DNA of 64,000 nucleotides from Obrimoposthia wandeli (taxonomy: Eukaryota). The notes under the pieces were generated by a model. That model was not told where the DNA came from. It saw only the letters and a program-made list of their open reading frames with translations, and ran no database searches. Made by a program: the position numbers and the translations under genes. The stretch's first letter is position 1, and every line of letters starts with the position of its first letter. The stretch covers positions 744,001 through 808,000 of the forward strand of contig CDROCS010003418.1 of the NCBI GenBank assembly GCA_977020255.1. The letters are read 5' to 3'. This document shows, one piece after another, positions 23,570 through 35,033 of this stretch.

Positions 23570-24428
23570 ATTCTTCTTGATTGAGTAAACTCCTTTTCTG
23601 CGCCTCTTGCTGTGTACCCAGCGATATCAGATCCCTCCTTATGATCACTGCCAGGTTTTGTGTGGTAGTATAAGTGGTTCTCCATTTGCAGACCAACCTA
23701 GGAATCCAGGGATCTCTTCTACGTCATGAGACTCTCGAACCATCAAGCCTTTTGCGAGATAGCACTTCTCTGCTAGAGAGTGCTTCTCACTGGTCATCAG
23801 CTCCTTCAATAATATTTCTCTGTTGGATTCCATTTTTTAAAATAATGAAAATAAACTAAAAAAATTCTCTTATATATTCTATTAAGTATAATTGATTTCA
23901 TTGATGCGTTAAAATAAATTACCTTTTTAAAAAACAATGGATAATATTATAAAAATTATATTAAATAAAATACACAGAGTATATAATAACCTTGATCTAA
24001 TTAAAATTATATAATACATTATCATTTAGTTAGATTACATTTGCTAATATTTAAACAGACAATAAATAGTTAAAAGTCAATAATTTTAAAAGTCAATATG
24101 TATTGTTCAGTAAAATGGGCTTCTTCATCTTGTTTGTGTAGACCCTTTTTCTGCGCCTCTTGTTGTATACCCGTTAATATCAGCTTCCTCCTTTTAGCTC
24201 TGCATTTTTCATCCATAATCACCAACAATTCTCTATTCTCTAATTCAACCTTCTTGTTTCAGCTTCTCGTCTATTTTGTAGTGCTTCCTGCTTCTCATTC
24301 CACTCTGTTTTGACAATCTTAAACAAATTAAGATTTAAAATTTGCTTATGCGGGTCTTCTTTCTTCAAATTCTTCTTATAATTCTTCTCTATTTGTATCA
24401 ATAGCCTCTTCATTTCTGGAAATTCCAT
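23570..24428 (-). CDS. Two tandem small ORFs (23645-23833, 24240-24428) with shared upstream context; unknown function
   Basis: Both start after ttcattattttaaaaa-ATGGAAT; related downstream sequence ending in gaggcgcagaaaa; a third family member at 11976. Confidence 0.5.
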
Positions 24429-24715
24429 TTTTAAAATAATGAAATTTAACTAAAATTTTCTCTTTTATAGTCTTTTCTATCTAATTGATTTATTAATGTG
24501 TTAAAACACAAATTTGTTTTTCTAAATTTTATGTTTTTCTAAATTTTAGTTTTTTAAAAATTTAAATAAAAATCATTTTTCAAAAAATATTATGAAAATC
24601 CTTCAAAATTAATTTTTGAATTTTTGACCTTGAAAATTTAAATTGTGCGCGCACAAATATTGATGCGTTTAAACAAAAGAATGACCTTCAAATGACCTTG
24701 CCCGTGACCTTGGCA

Positions 24716-24840
24716 TACTCGGGAGAAGTGGTTGTCATGGGGACACACGCACACACACGTACACACACGGTAATGGTGTGTACATTGGTTGCCGTGGCAA
24801 CCAATGTGTTTCCATGGCAACGCCGTCGTACTCGGGAGAA
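24716..24840. promoter_or_regulatory. Cluster of three RFX X-box-like palindromes bounded by a 12-bp direct repeat
   Basis: gttgtcatggggac 24731, acattggttgccgtggcaaccaatgt 24782-24807, gtttccatggcaac 24808; tactcgggagaa at 24716 and 24829; three tgacctt at 24682-24711. Confidence 0.5.
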
Positions 24841-25084
24841 TATTTCCTCTGGGGGACCTCTTGCTTTGAGTCTAAGTCATCACATCTCCCTACTGCTATT
24901 AAATTCATCTTCTTGCCTCAAAATTGTATCAATATACTACAATCATGTAATGATTTTATTATACAAAATCTCACAGTACATTACAGAAACTCCTACAAAC
25001 ATTAATTTTTCCAATCAAGAAAAAATGTATATCTAAATTTAAAGGTGTATTCTATGTATCCTATGTATTCTATGTATTGCATCC

Positions 25085-25450
25085 GCATCGAAGAATGATG
25101 TCAATCCAACAACGTTTCTTAACTGCTTCAAAAAATCGGGTTTCAATAAAAAAGTTTCAGAACAAGAAGAAACTCCCATTCCATCTGCATTTCATGAACT
25201 AGGAAAGAATTTTGAACGTTTGATGAGCGACTTTAACTGTTTCAAGATTGAAAATATTCCCAGTGTCGATGTATATTAGTTTCAATTTCAATATCATTGA
25301 GGAAATTCAAGTTTTCAAGGAAATAAATAACTCTAAGGCATCCAACTCTTCATGGAGCTATAGTACCATCTACATTAAAACGATATGTTAAGTCAAACGA
25401 GTTCTTGAATATCTTGAAAAATTGTGTGCTTCTTTGTTTCGAGCAGCAAT
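25085..25450 (+). pseudogene. pogo/Tigger-like transposase C-terminal remnant
   Basis: NDVNPTTFLNCFKKSGF resembles the conserved AWxxVxxxTIxNCFxKAGF motif. Confidence 0.45.
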
Positions 25451-26460
25451 TTCCAAATCAGTGCAGAAAACAAGTAGATGCTATGTTTTGATTTGAAGTG
25501 AATATAACATCGATTTCATGATAATCTTACTCGCTTTACACATTGTTTTTATTTACTAAGCTTACAACGTACACTCCGTTATAATGTACTTAAATTCTGG
25601 TGCTTTAGAGTACCCTAGAGTGGGTTTTTATCTGCTTCTTTCTTCTGTTTCTACATATTTTTTAAAGCTTTTCTTCATTGACGTTTATCGTTTTCTTATT
25701 GAAAGTGACAATTTGATCATACAAATTTTTTCTCAATCTTTTTAAATTGCATATTCAAAGTGACCTCGGATTTCGTTTACAGGACGATTACGTGCCATTG
25801 TACCCCTAAGTCCAAGTATTGGTATAATTTTTTTTTGTGTGTTGAGTAAATGGGAATACGGAGTTGCATTTGCTAATTACAAATTAATTATATAAATCAC
25901 AATATAGTTTACATTAACTCGCATACAGTCGCCTATCCGTTTTCCTTCTATCTATTCATACTGAATAATACAGAACGAACGTATATCAAGGTTCCAATTG
26001 CCGTAGTCGACTGCAAATCAGCAAAATCCTACAAAATAACGTCAATCCAGCCACACTCAGCCGACAGTTTAGTATTTGGTGAATTGATGAGATTAATCAA
26101 CGAGCTACTTGTTTGCCAGACTTCATAGTCGTGGTCAATCCAAAGCCGTATAGAACACAACATAAGTTTTTGAATAAGTTACGACTCCATAACACACATC
26201 TTCAGACACAGCAACTCCCAAGTACAGAAACAAGGCTCCACAAATGATCACCTTAAGTTTCAGAAGATGGCAACTGAGGTAGGCCACACGTAGAATTCAC
26301 GTTGAGGACCATTCAAAAAAAATGAATTAGGTTTAAAAAGCTATTAGAAACTCCGATTAGAGAGATTTGGAATGAGATCAGTTTGTATGATTTTGAATTA
26401 AACGCCAATTTTAAATTTCGAATTCTTTCCAGTCATTTTAAAACATATATATAAAATCAA

Positions 26461-27303
26461 TTGAAAATTAATAATATGCAAACTTACTTGAATAATTACG
26501 ACATTCGGCAGAATAATGAATTTCAAAATAGGAACTTAATTGTACAATTAAATACTGAAATTGTTTCAAACGAATCACGACAATTGAATGCGGCTCTTCT
26601 GCAACCAAAGAGTGCAACCATGCGCAACAAAATCCCACAGTCAGTGAAGAATAAGGCCATTGTTCTGAAGCGTGATGGGAAAAAGATTTGCCATATAGCA
26701 CGAGAACTCAAGGTCTGTACAAGTTCTGTGTCTCGGTGGATTCGATACTCAGGTGATCTGCAATTTGCATTATCACTTGAAGACGACAAAAGAGCCAGGG
26801 ACGAAATTGAACATCACAATGAAGAATGTAACAATGAAGAACTACAAAAGTATTCGCAGAAAAAAGATGTTCTTATGCCTATAAAATCATCCAACTTGAT
26901 AAAACAGCAACATTTAGAAAGTACTGTTGACAACTATGAACTAAACGCACAAAAACTGACTCAAAAGACGAAAAAACAAGTTAGTGTCGAATCAAAGACA
27001 ATGAAACAGAAGATATGTATGAAAAAAAGTAGAAAAAATAAATGCCAAATTGATCAAATTAGCATTGATTTACAAATAGCTTTTAAACAGACCAAAACAC
27101 AGAGATACCATAATTTAAAAGAAACACTGCCGAATTTTACCAAAGAATTGAAATCGATTACTAAAAAGACTAATCCACGGGATTATGAAACAATAACCTA
27201 TACGGAATTTTGTGAAATTTTCTCGAAACTGAATGATGACAGAAATTCTGAATATAATGATCAATTAATTTCTCACATGTCTGAAAATGTAATCAAGATA
27301 TGA
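26461..27303 (+). CDS. Open 280-aa ORF with a helix-turn-helix of the transposase/CENP-B-psq type
   Basis: PQSVKNKAIVLKRDGKKICHIARELKVCTSSVSRWIR fits an HTH pattern; no catalytic DDE region seen. Confidence 0.55.
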   Translation: MKINNMQTYLNNYDIRQNNEFQNRNLIVQLNTEIVSNESRQLNAALLQPKSATMRNKIPQSVKNKAIVLKRDGKKICHIARELKVCTSSVSRWIRYSGDLQFALSLEDDKRARDEIEHHNEECNNEELQKYSQKKDVLMPIKSSNLIKQQHLESTVDNYELNAQKLTQKTKKQVSVESKTMKQKICMKKSRKNKCQIDQISIDLQIAFKQTKTQRYHNLKETLPNFTKELKSITKKTNPRDYETITYTEFCEIFSKLNDDRNSEYNDQLISHMSENVIKI

Positions 27304-28484
27304 CTTCACAATTGAAAACGAGAGAAATTTCTATTAGGCTATTTATCTTGGATCCTTTGCTGATAATGTGAATAATTACAAACGTTGTTATATTTCGTTC
27401 TAAGACTTATTAATGAATGATAAGGAATTAAATATGTAAATTAATTTTACAGTAGTATTTGACTGGTAATTTAAAAGTAGAAATTTAAATAAAATCGCAA
27501 TCCTCAAAGTACTAAATGCCTCTTGGAGGAAAGGTATGTTAGGCACATGTATGACATAATTAATAAATAACATACATTAGAAATCGTGTTTGATAATAAA
27601 ATCAGCAAACGATTCCGTATACTAGCATTAGCTTTATTAAAGAAAAAGTATGCACACCTACAAACTTACTTTTTTATTAACATTTGCCATTATGAGTAGT
27701 ATCTAATTTAAAATGTAAAATTGCATTGACGATAAACATCCTCATATAATGATTGGTTGTCTGCATACAATCAGATCATTTTGAATTTTATATTAAATAT
27801 AAAAAACCGGTGATATTATGTGAATGCCAAAATGACCAAATGAAGTTCGTGTGTACCTGCCCAATATTTTTTAATTCAACCCATATGTGGAGTTTTGTCA
27901 GGATAAAAATTAAACACCAACAGAAAAGAGTTTAAAATATATGTTATGTTTCATAATTGAATCGTAAGTAAATTAATTAAACCAGAGATGGCGATAATCT
28001 GAGAGAGTGTATGTTTAAGTCCACAATCGACACAGTCTAGTTCACCCTACTATCAAAATCGCTGATATTAGCGGATGTATCAATTAATCTGGTTTTGCTG
28101 ATACATATATTGTTGTATATTGTTGATGGTTATTAATGTTGGCTTCAATTTAAAGAAAAAAACTACTGAATAATGTCGTTAAATTACTTTATTAATGAAA
28201 TTACAATTACATAGAAACCGGAGGCCAACAATTAGGATAGCTTATATACATTTAAAATACTAAAAGTAAACCACGAAGTGATTTTTCATTTTTGCCACAC
28301 TAAATTAACATCTGTTTGCACGTAAGTATAGTGATGTCACTATTTTCACAAAGTTTCCTATGTACTTTTCTATAGTAACCGGCTAGTCCTAAGAAACTTT
28401 GAATATATTTCATTTTTGGAATAGGTTGGAATTTAATCTTTTCTACATTTGAAGCATCTAGTTTGATTCCATCTTTTGATACAA

Positions 28485-29519
28485 TGTTGGGGTTTCTATT
28501 TGAAACTCTTATTCAAGTAGATCCTCGTATGGAGGCCCCCGACGTGAGTTCTGTAGCGATATGGCTTACAGATGGATGGACCTATCTGTTCGTGTCCTAC
28601 CCAATTCTAGACTCAATCTGAAGGTTTGTGTTTTATTGTTTTGTGGTGTGTTCAGGGAGTTGTGTTCACAGAATAGCTAGTAGGGCTCCAAAACTAGTGT
28701 GGTTTGATGTAATAGTTTATAAACTGAGTTAGTTTTTATGTCGGAAGAGTCTGGCAACACCAAGACCGATTATCGATGAAACAAAGCCGGGACCAATCGA
28801 CGTATTTCATACTCCTCTGAATCTGTCATCACGTGGAATATTGTATCGTTCGTTGTTCCTCGGCTAATCAATATGTTAGGGGGCACACGAATTACACAAA
28901 GAATTTAACTCGGAATGAATCTTCTATCGATTTCACTAAAATAACTATATTTAACTTAACATACTGAAAACTTCCTAAAATTATTACAGAATACACAGTA
29001 GGTCTTTTCAATTCTTCTTTTACTCAAAATGCACTTTAAATTTCAATTCTTCTTTACTCAACAATGTACTTAAAATTCAACTCGTCTTTACTTAAAATGT
29101 ACTTTAAAATTCAATTCTTCTTTACTCAACAATGTACTTAAAATTCAAATCTTCTTTACTCAAAAATGTACTTAAAAATTCAACTCGTCTTTACTTAAAA
29201 TGTATTTGAAATTTAACGTCTTTTACTTGAAATTTACTTAATTTCAAACATCTTTTACTTGAAATGTACTTAAAATTTCAACGTGTTTTACTTGAAATGT
29301 AATTAAATTTTCCATTCGTCTGTTATTCAAAATGTACTTAAAATTTAATTCTTCTTTACTCAAAAATGTACATAAAATTAAATTCGTCTTTATTTAAAAT
29401 GTACTTTATGTAAGTTGTGTTTTTTGCTCACCAGTTCAATTTAAATATCAGTAGTTCCGAATTTGCCAATTCGAATATATGTAGTTCCGAATTTACTAAC
29501 TTGAATATCTGTAGTTACG
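28485..29519 (-). mobile_element. LTR-like element, family 1 (copy B), truncated; inverted relative to copy C
   Basis: Starts TGTTGGGG at 28485 and is the reverse complement of 40770-41685 over its length, including the tandem arrays. Confidence 0.85.
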
Positions 29520-29664
29520 ATTGTAGTGACGCTGGGGAATAAGTACTTCATGATGGGAGTTGTTGGGCGTCACCCAGTCTCATGTGGCTGGGATAACAAG
29601 GAGTTATCCCGAAAAGGGTGAGACAACGATCTCGTCTGGACCGCCACCTTTCACTCGCTTGCAG

Positions 29665-29937
29665 TCACATGTTCCTGTGGCGTTGGGGACACGTAGAGCA
29701 TTGGCAGTGCTCTCCTCCGATGCAGCTGCCTGAGGAGTGATGTCCCACTGTCTGTCCACGGACGACAACAGTCAACTCCATGAATGGACTGTAGCTCATT
29801 GGGCACGTTGGTGCTGTGTGGCACCTGGACCGCGCCCAGGTGTATAGGCACGACTTGTGGTAGCGATGGGAGCATCCCAGGGGTACCACTGTTAGCGCTC
29901 GGAGTCGCTTGAGGTAGATAGGGCAGGCCATCGGCAA
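29665..29937 (-). pseudogene. RING-H2 finger ORF, degenerate
   Basis: CPIY..LGCSHRYHKSCLYTW..CPMS matches the C3H2C3 spacing with ligands 2 and 8 substituted. Confidence 0.7.
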
Positions 29938-30198
29938 GGTATTACTTGTGTGTTAGGTTTTGATTTCGATCACCTATCAATTTATAATTTCATAGTAATT
30001 CCTACTTATTTTTACCCTAACTCTGCTTTTACTTGAATGGTTTCCACATTGCTATAGTATGAAATTATCTTTGTGGTTTTTCGATTATAATAATTACATT
30101 TCCAAATACACAACATACATAAAAATGGTGAGAGTATTTTACACTTTAACAAGATTTAGGTTACAAGATATAGTTTCTGGTAGATATTTTATCACGGT

Positions 30199-30608
30199 AT
30201 GCGATACACAGGGTTAATTCATGATGTCACGTTTTTGTCAAAAAGTTACATTCGGTTATTGTTGGTTGTTGGGCTGGTCCGCTCGTCTCTCGTCTACGCA
30301 GAAGGAACACCAGCAGTCGCAGATGTCCTTCCAGCAGTGTACGATGGGTACCTCTGCGTGGCTGCGTGCTCGGCTGACGATGTGGTACATCGAGAATGTT
30401 ACCCTGGATGGGAAGTCGGTGCTGTTGGCGATGGGTATCCATGTCTCGAAGCTGTAGGTATAGAATTTGAGGCCTCAGTTGTTGGGCTTTGCATGCCAGT
30501 TCCAGATTGTCTCGTAACAGACGGAACATTCTCTAGGTATTGCTGTGGGTGAAGTTGTGTTGTGTTTGGACTTGGTTGAGGTTTGGTTGTTATGTGATGT
30601 TTACACAA
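30199..30608. other. GC-richer coding-like island with overlapping ORFs; product unknown
   Basis: Several 70-117 aa ORFs on both strands between the two RING genes; no motif recognised. Confidence 0.3.
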
Positions 30609-30715
30609 AAGTGGCTGGGTTTTGTCGTTCTGCTATACAGAAGAAATACTAACACTCTCTCAGGTTTCTCCAACAAAATTCCACTTGTACATCTACGTTC
30701 TCTTGGTTTGGTTAG

Positions 30716-30898
30716 ATTATAATGTACTTTGTGAGTTGCCTTCTGCATAAGGGGCACGAGTGTATGTTTGATGGGGTAACTTTGAATAAGTTATGATCCA
30801 TTTCGATAGACATTCCTCGTGATATAGGTGGTTGCAGGAATTAGGGTTGCTCTTCGTACTGGCATATCTTGGAAACATATTGGGCGTTCCTCAGACAT
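30716..30898 (-). pseudogene. Second RING-H2 finger gene with two frameshifts (missed by the ORF track)
   Basis: Manual translation: MSEERPICFQDMPVRRATLI / CNHLYHEECLSKW / SCPLCRRQLTKYII. Confidence 0.75.
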
Positions 30899-31048
30899 TC
30901 TAAATACAATTAATTTCTACATGGTTTCTACTTATTTCTACAATCGCTTTTTACATTTTTGTATACATTAATATTTCTACAACTTCATTTGAAATATGTC
31001 AAGCCTTTATATGTTGTGAAGGTAAGGGTCGCAGTTCCACTTCCTCTA

Positions 31049-31294
31049 TCATAGGTATGTTATAACATTGTAGTTCTCTACACCTTTGTAGATCGTTGGG
31101 CATACTTGGCTGCCTTTTACGCACATTACTGTTAGTAGAAATACTATAGTAGATATTACGGCCATTGCTATAAGAGCATTAACTGGTGTTATTCCGCTGT
31201 CTGTTATCAGGTAATCATATTTTCCTTTGTCGTTTACTAGCACTCGAAACGTATAAACATATGACAAAAACATAATGTAAAAATTGGGAAACAT
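31049..31294 (-). CDS. Small predicted membrane protein
   Basis: ALIAMAVISTIVFLLTVMCV hydrophobic segment followed by a short tail. Confidence 0.4.
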   Translation of the reverse strand: MFPNFYIMFLSYVYTFRVLVNDKGKYDYLITDSGITPVNALIAMAVISTIVFLLTVMCVKGSQVCPTIYKGVENYNVITYL

Positions 31295-31329
31295 TGGAAA
31301 ATGCTTTTATAGGAAAATTGGTATTGGTA

Positions 31330-32764
31330 GATTTAGTGAAAGTGAATAAACGAATTTTTAGAGAACAATAACATAAACATGATGAGAGCGTAAATGAATA
31401 CGCATATGTTTTGAGAACCTTGGCAGCACGAGCGTATCCAAGAAAGGTGTTGAGAACTCCTGTAGGCGTACCTGTAGCTGAAGATGTACAATTAGTAGAA
31501 GATAATCGGAACCAAGGCTAAATATATTCAGAGGACGGAAAAAAGATATTAAAGTGTTATTGGCAGTATCAGATACAAATGATTCTAACAACACCGTGCG
31601 AAAGGCGAGAGAAATTGAGAAGAATATAAAGAATAATGCAGCGATAGCAATTTACGCAGTGACGACAAATGATGATGATAAGACAAAAGTTTTGTGAAAA
31701 AGACAGAACCAAGTAATTTTCAAAGTCGGAATTAAGTAAAACATGAGTCTAGATATAGAAATAAATTTAAGAAAAAAGATGAATTTAGTAATAAAAGTAA
31801 AGATAATTTCAGAGGTAGAAAAAGAGATGATTCGAGAGGTAGAAATTATAATGTTTCGTGGAATAGAAATAGATTTAATTCGAATAGAGAAAATTCAGGA
31901 AATCGCCTATCCTGGAGTGGATACGATTGGAATAATAATGTAAACAGGGGAGAATGAAATGACTCTCGATTCAGAAATTATTCAGGAGATGGAGATGGAA
32001 GATTCAATAATCGAGGAAGCGGTTATGAATCGAATTTCCGAAGAAATGATTTTAAAGGACGCTATGACAATAGACAGAATAGTCGTTGAGTACAGTTCGC
32101 AGGCGAACAGAATAAGACAGATATTCGAGGAAGAATATAATGTTATATGTGTAAACAAATGGGTCATTACACGAGAAATTGTACAAGGGGTAAAGAATTC
32201 GATAATGGTAATTTCGGTAATAATAATTTTGGAAATAAATATAGAGGATATAATTCACCCTCACCATTGAATATAAGTGGAAGTTATACTCCACAGCAAT
32301 GGAGAACGAATAATCAGTACGCAGATAGACAACAATCTCCAGGAAGATATAATAATTATGTAGACATACAGCAAGTAGCTGAGAGATATAATATTTCAGG
32401 AGGATATAATAATAATGTCAAAAAGACAAATAGTCGTGAGAGTTCACCGAAACTAAAAGGAAACTTTAGTTACATAAAAAATGACAGCGATATGAATCGC
32501 GAGACAGAGCTTAGATGTGAAATAGATTTTGAAGACAATGATAACAAATTGGAACGAATGTTGGGAATAATTGAAGATTCACAACATACAAAGATGGCAA
32601 ATTCATCTACGTTATCACGTAAAGAAAAAAAGCATCACACTAGAGAAGTGTTTAATGATTTGATTGGCCGAGTATTAGAAGAATACGAAACACCGATAGA
32701 AAAGAGTTGTAACGCAAAACCTATGACTGATAATGTAGAAACAGAGATGGATTCGCAGAAGTAG
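31330..32764 (+). pseudogene. gag: LTR-retrotransposon gag remnant (Gypsy-like)
   Basis: KHDESVNEYAYVLRTLAARAYP and a CYMCKQMGHYTRNC knuckle near 32140; Asn/Arg/Gly-rich linker. Confidence 0.75.
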
Positions 32765-33229
32765 GGCGATGTGTGTGTTTCAGGCCAAGACAAAGTACGT
32801 AAGTACCCCACCCCAAAAACACAGCACTGGAATCTGTTTTCAGCAAATTTCTGACATTTTTTTTCGAATATTCGATTTTTTGGACGATTTTTGACGAACT
32901 TTCGATAAACATCGGTAAATATTCGGTCAAATTACGTAATTTTCGATCATTTTTAGACCAAAAATATCGTGTGTCTTTTGGGCCAAAACGAATACTGAGG
33001 CATTTTAAGGGACATTCAGGTAATTTTTGAGATATTTTTGAATAAACATTCCGTGTCTTTCGGGCCAAGGAAAATTTACATGCAAAAATAAGATTTCCGA
33101 GGAATTTTAGGCGAGTTTAGGGCTATTTTGATTGATTTTTGATGAAAATTTTTAAAAGCGTCTCTCAGTGCAGACTGAAATACGACTCGAATAATTTACT
33201 ATTCGGAGATATTCGAATGTTTTCTATAC

Positions 33230-33780
33230 AGAGTTTCTTTCTCTCTTTTCAAAAAATTAATTTTAAAAATCCACTTTCAGCGATTTCCAGTTATTAGTTA
33301 GACCAAGTCAAAGTTCCGAGATCATTTTCAAGCGATTTTCAATAAATTTATATATTTATAAATTTATAATAATGGTAAAAAAATCGATTTAAAATTAATT
33401 TTAGATAATGATTTATTGATTTATAAACATAGTTTCTTTCTCTTTCCGAAAAATATAATTTCACAACCCAACATTCAGCGGTTTCCAGTCATTAGTTAGG
33501 CAAAGTCAAATTTTGAGGAAATTAATTGATTATTTTCAAGTGATTTCCGATAAATTCATCGATTTCTTGATTTAGAATAATGGTAAAAAGTTCGATTTGA
33601 AATATATTTGAAATAAAGATTTATTGATTTCGAAACAGAGTTTATTTCTATCTTTCTGAAAAATATAATTTTAAAATTTAATTATCAGCTGTTTCCAGTC
33701 ATTAGTTAGGTCAAGTCAAAGTTTAATGGAATTAATTGATCAAAAAGTTCGATTTTAGATAAATTTAATTTATTTAAATT
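33230..33780. repeat. ~200-bp tandem repeat, 3 degenerate copies
   Basis: cagc..tttccagt.attagttag..caagtcaaa at about 33277, 33476 and 33686. Confidence 0.8.
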
Positions 33781-34927
33781 TTTAGCGATATTTAGTCAAT
33801 TTTTAATCGATTTAGAATAAAGTTTGAATTTAGATGATAAATAAATTTAAATTTTAGTTTACCATGCATATAAAAGGTGAATTACAATTATTTGTCTCAA
33901 TATAAAATAGTATGAAATTCAAACTATTTTGTAAATTTTTCAAAAGTCTTTCTTTTTAAAATTTAAAAAAATACATTTTGAAAATACATTTTGAAAATGG
34001 TAGAAGAAAATCAATGGTATAATATTTTCCAAAATTTGATAAAAATAATATATTAATTTAAAGAAAAACGGGTATTTGCTTGATCTTTAAATGGTTAAAT
34101 TCTACTCTGAGATATGACTGTTTGTCTAGTAGGGCTAATGTTTTCCCTATCATTATTTATGCTTTGGTTCATATTAGCATATAAATGACTTCCTGACCCA
34201 ATATAAGAACTTTCTCTGTCTTCGTTATTATGATTCATAATTTTCAAATTATTGCATATTGATATTTTTTATAAGATATTATAAGCCTGAGAAAGAGTCA
34301 AATGACGTAATACTTAATGTGTAACCTAGTAAATGTATATTAAGGCTTAAATGATGTAAGAATTTTATACATGTTTAGGATCATATGATATTTTACTGTA
34401 GGTTACGTCATAGTAGTAAAAGATCAATAGGTTTTTTATATTTTATGCTTTTGGGTCATTTCATAATAAACTTCGTACCAATATATGCTTTAGGATCTTT
34501 TCTAATTGGAGTTAGAACTTTATGTAGTTCTTCAAAAATATCAAGTATTCCATTTCCCTTTTGTATACCTTGAATATAAACTATATTATTTTAAATTTTT
34601 TTCTTATTTTTCTTTCTAGTCTTTTTAGTCTTAATTTTCTTATAAAATAATTTAAAATAATTAATGTTTATAGAGAAGAAAATAAAGATACAAACAATAT
34701 TTATTTATTAATTCCATCTAATATTTTCCAAATAGTAGACACCAATCCACTAGACCCGATCTTGTTTCCTCACACTGGTCAAACTGTTAGGATTATAATT
34801 TTAAAAAATAAAATTTAAATTATTTCTTAATTAAGAAATAACGGGAGAAAATTTCCTTAATTAGGGAAATGTTATTTTGGGTAAGTGAAATGCACTTTGG
34901 CATTTTATAATCAGTTTTATTAGTTCA

Positions 34928-34977
34928 GTCCCCGACCGGCTTAACCGGTTTCGCCCTGCCGGGCTCGTCATGGGAAC
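34928..34977 (-). ncRNA. Type I hammerhead ribozyme with a C3-to-A core variant
   Basis: Minus strand: gttccc AUGACGA gccc-ggca-gggc GAAA ccgg-ttaag-ccgg UC ggggac. All three stems pair; the first core base differs from the CUGAnGA consensus. Confidence 0.85.
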
Positions 34978-34983
34978 GGTAAA

Positions 34984-35033
34984 CTTATCTCTGGCTTCGC
35001 AGTGGGTGAAATTCCCGCGAAGTCAGAGATAAG
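34984..35033. other. 17-bp inverted repeat hairpin immediately 5' of hammerhead copy 2
   Basis: cttatctctggcttcgc (34984-35000) pairs with gcgaagtcagagataag (35017-35033), 16 of 17 Watson-Crick. Confidence 0.85.

Noticed and set aside
11640-25000. Polinton terminal inverted repeats and 6-bp TSD
   Set aside because: No AG...CT termini or long inverted repeats could be identified by eye; the ends appear deleted or overwritten by insertions.
29560-29651. Third hammerhead ribozyme
   Set aside because: It has a stem followed by GAAA but no CUGAnGA on either strand and no compatible stem III.
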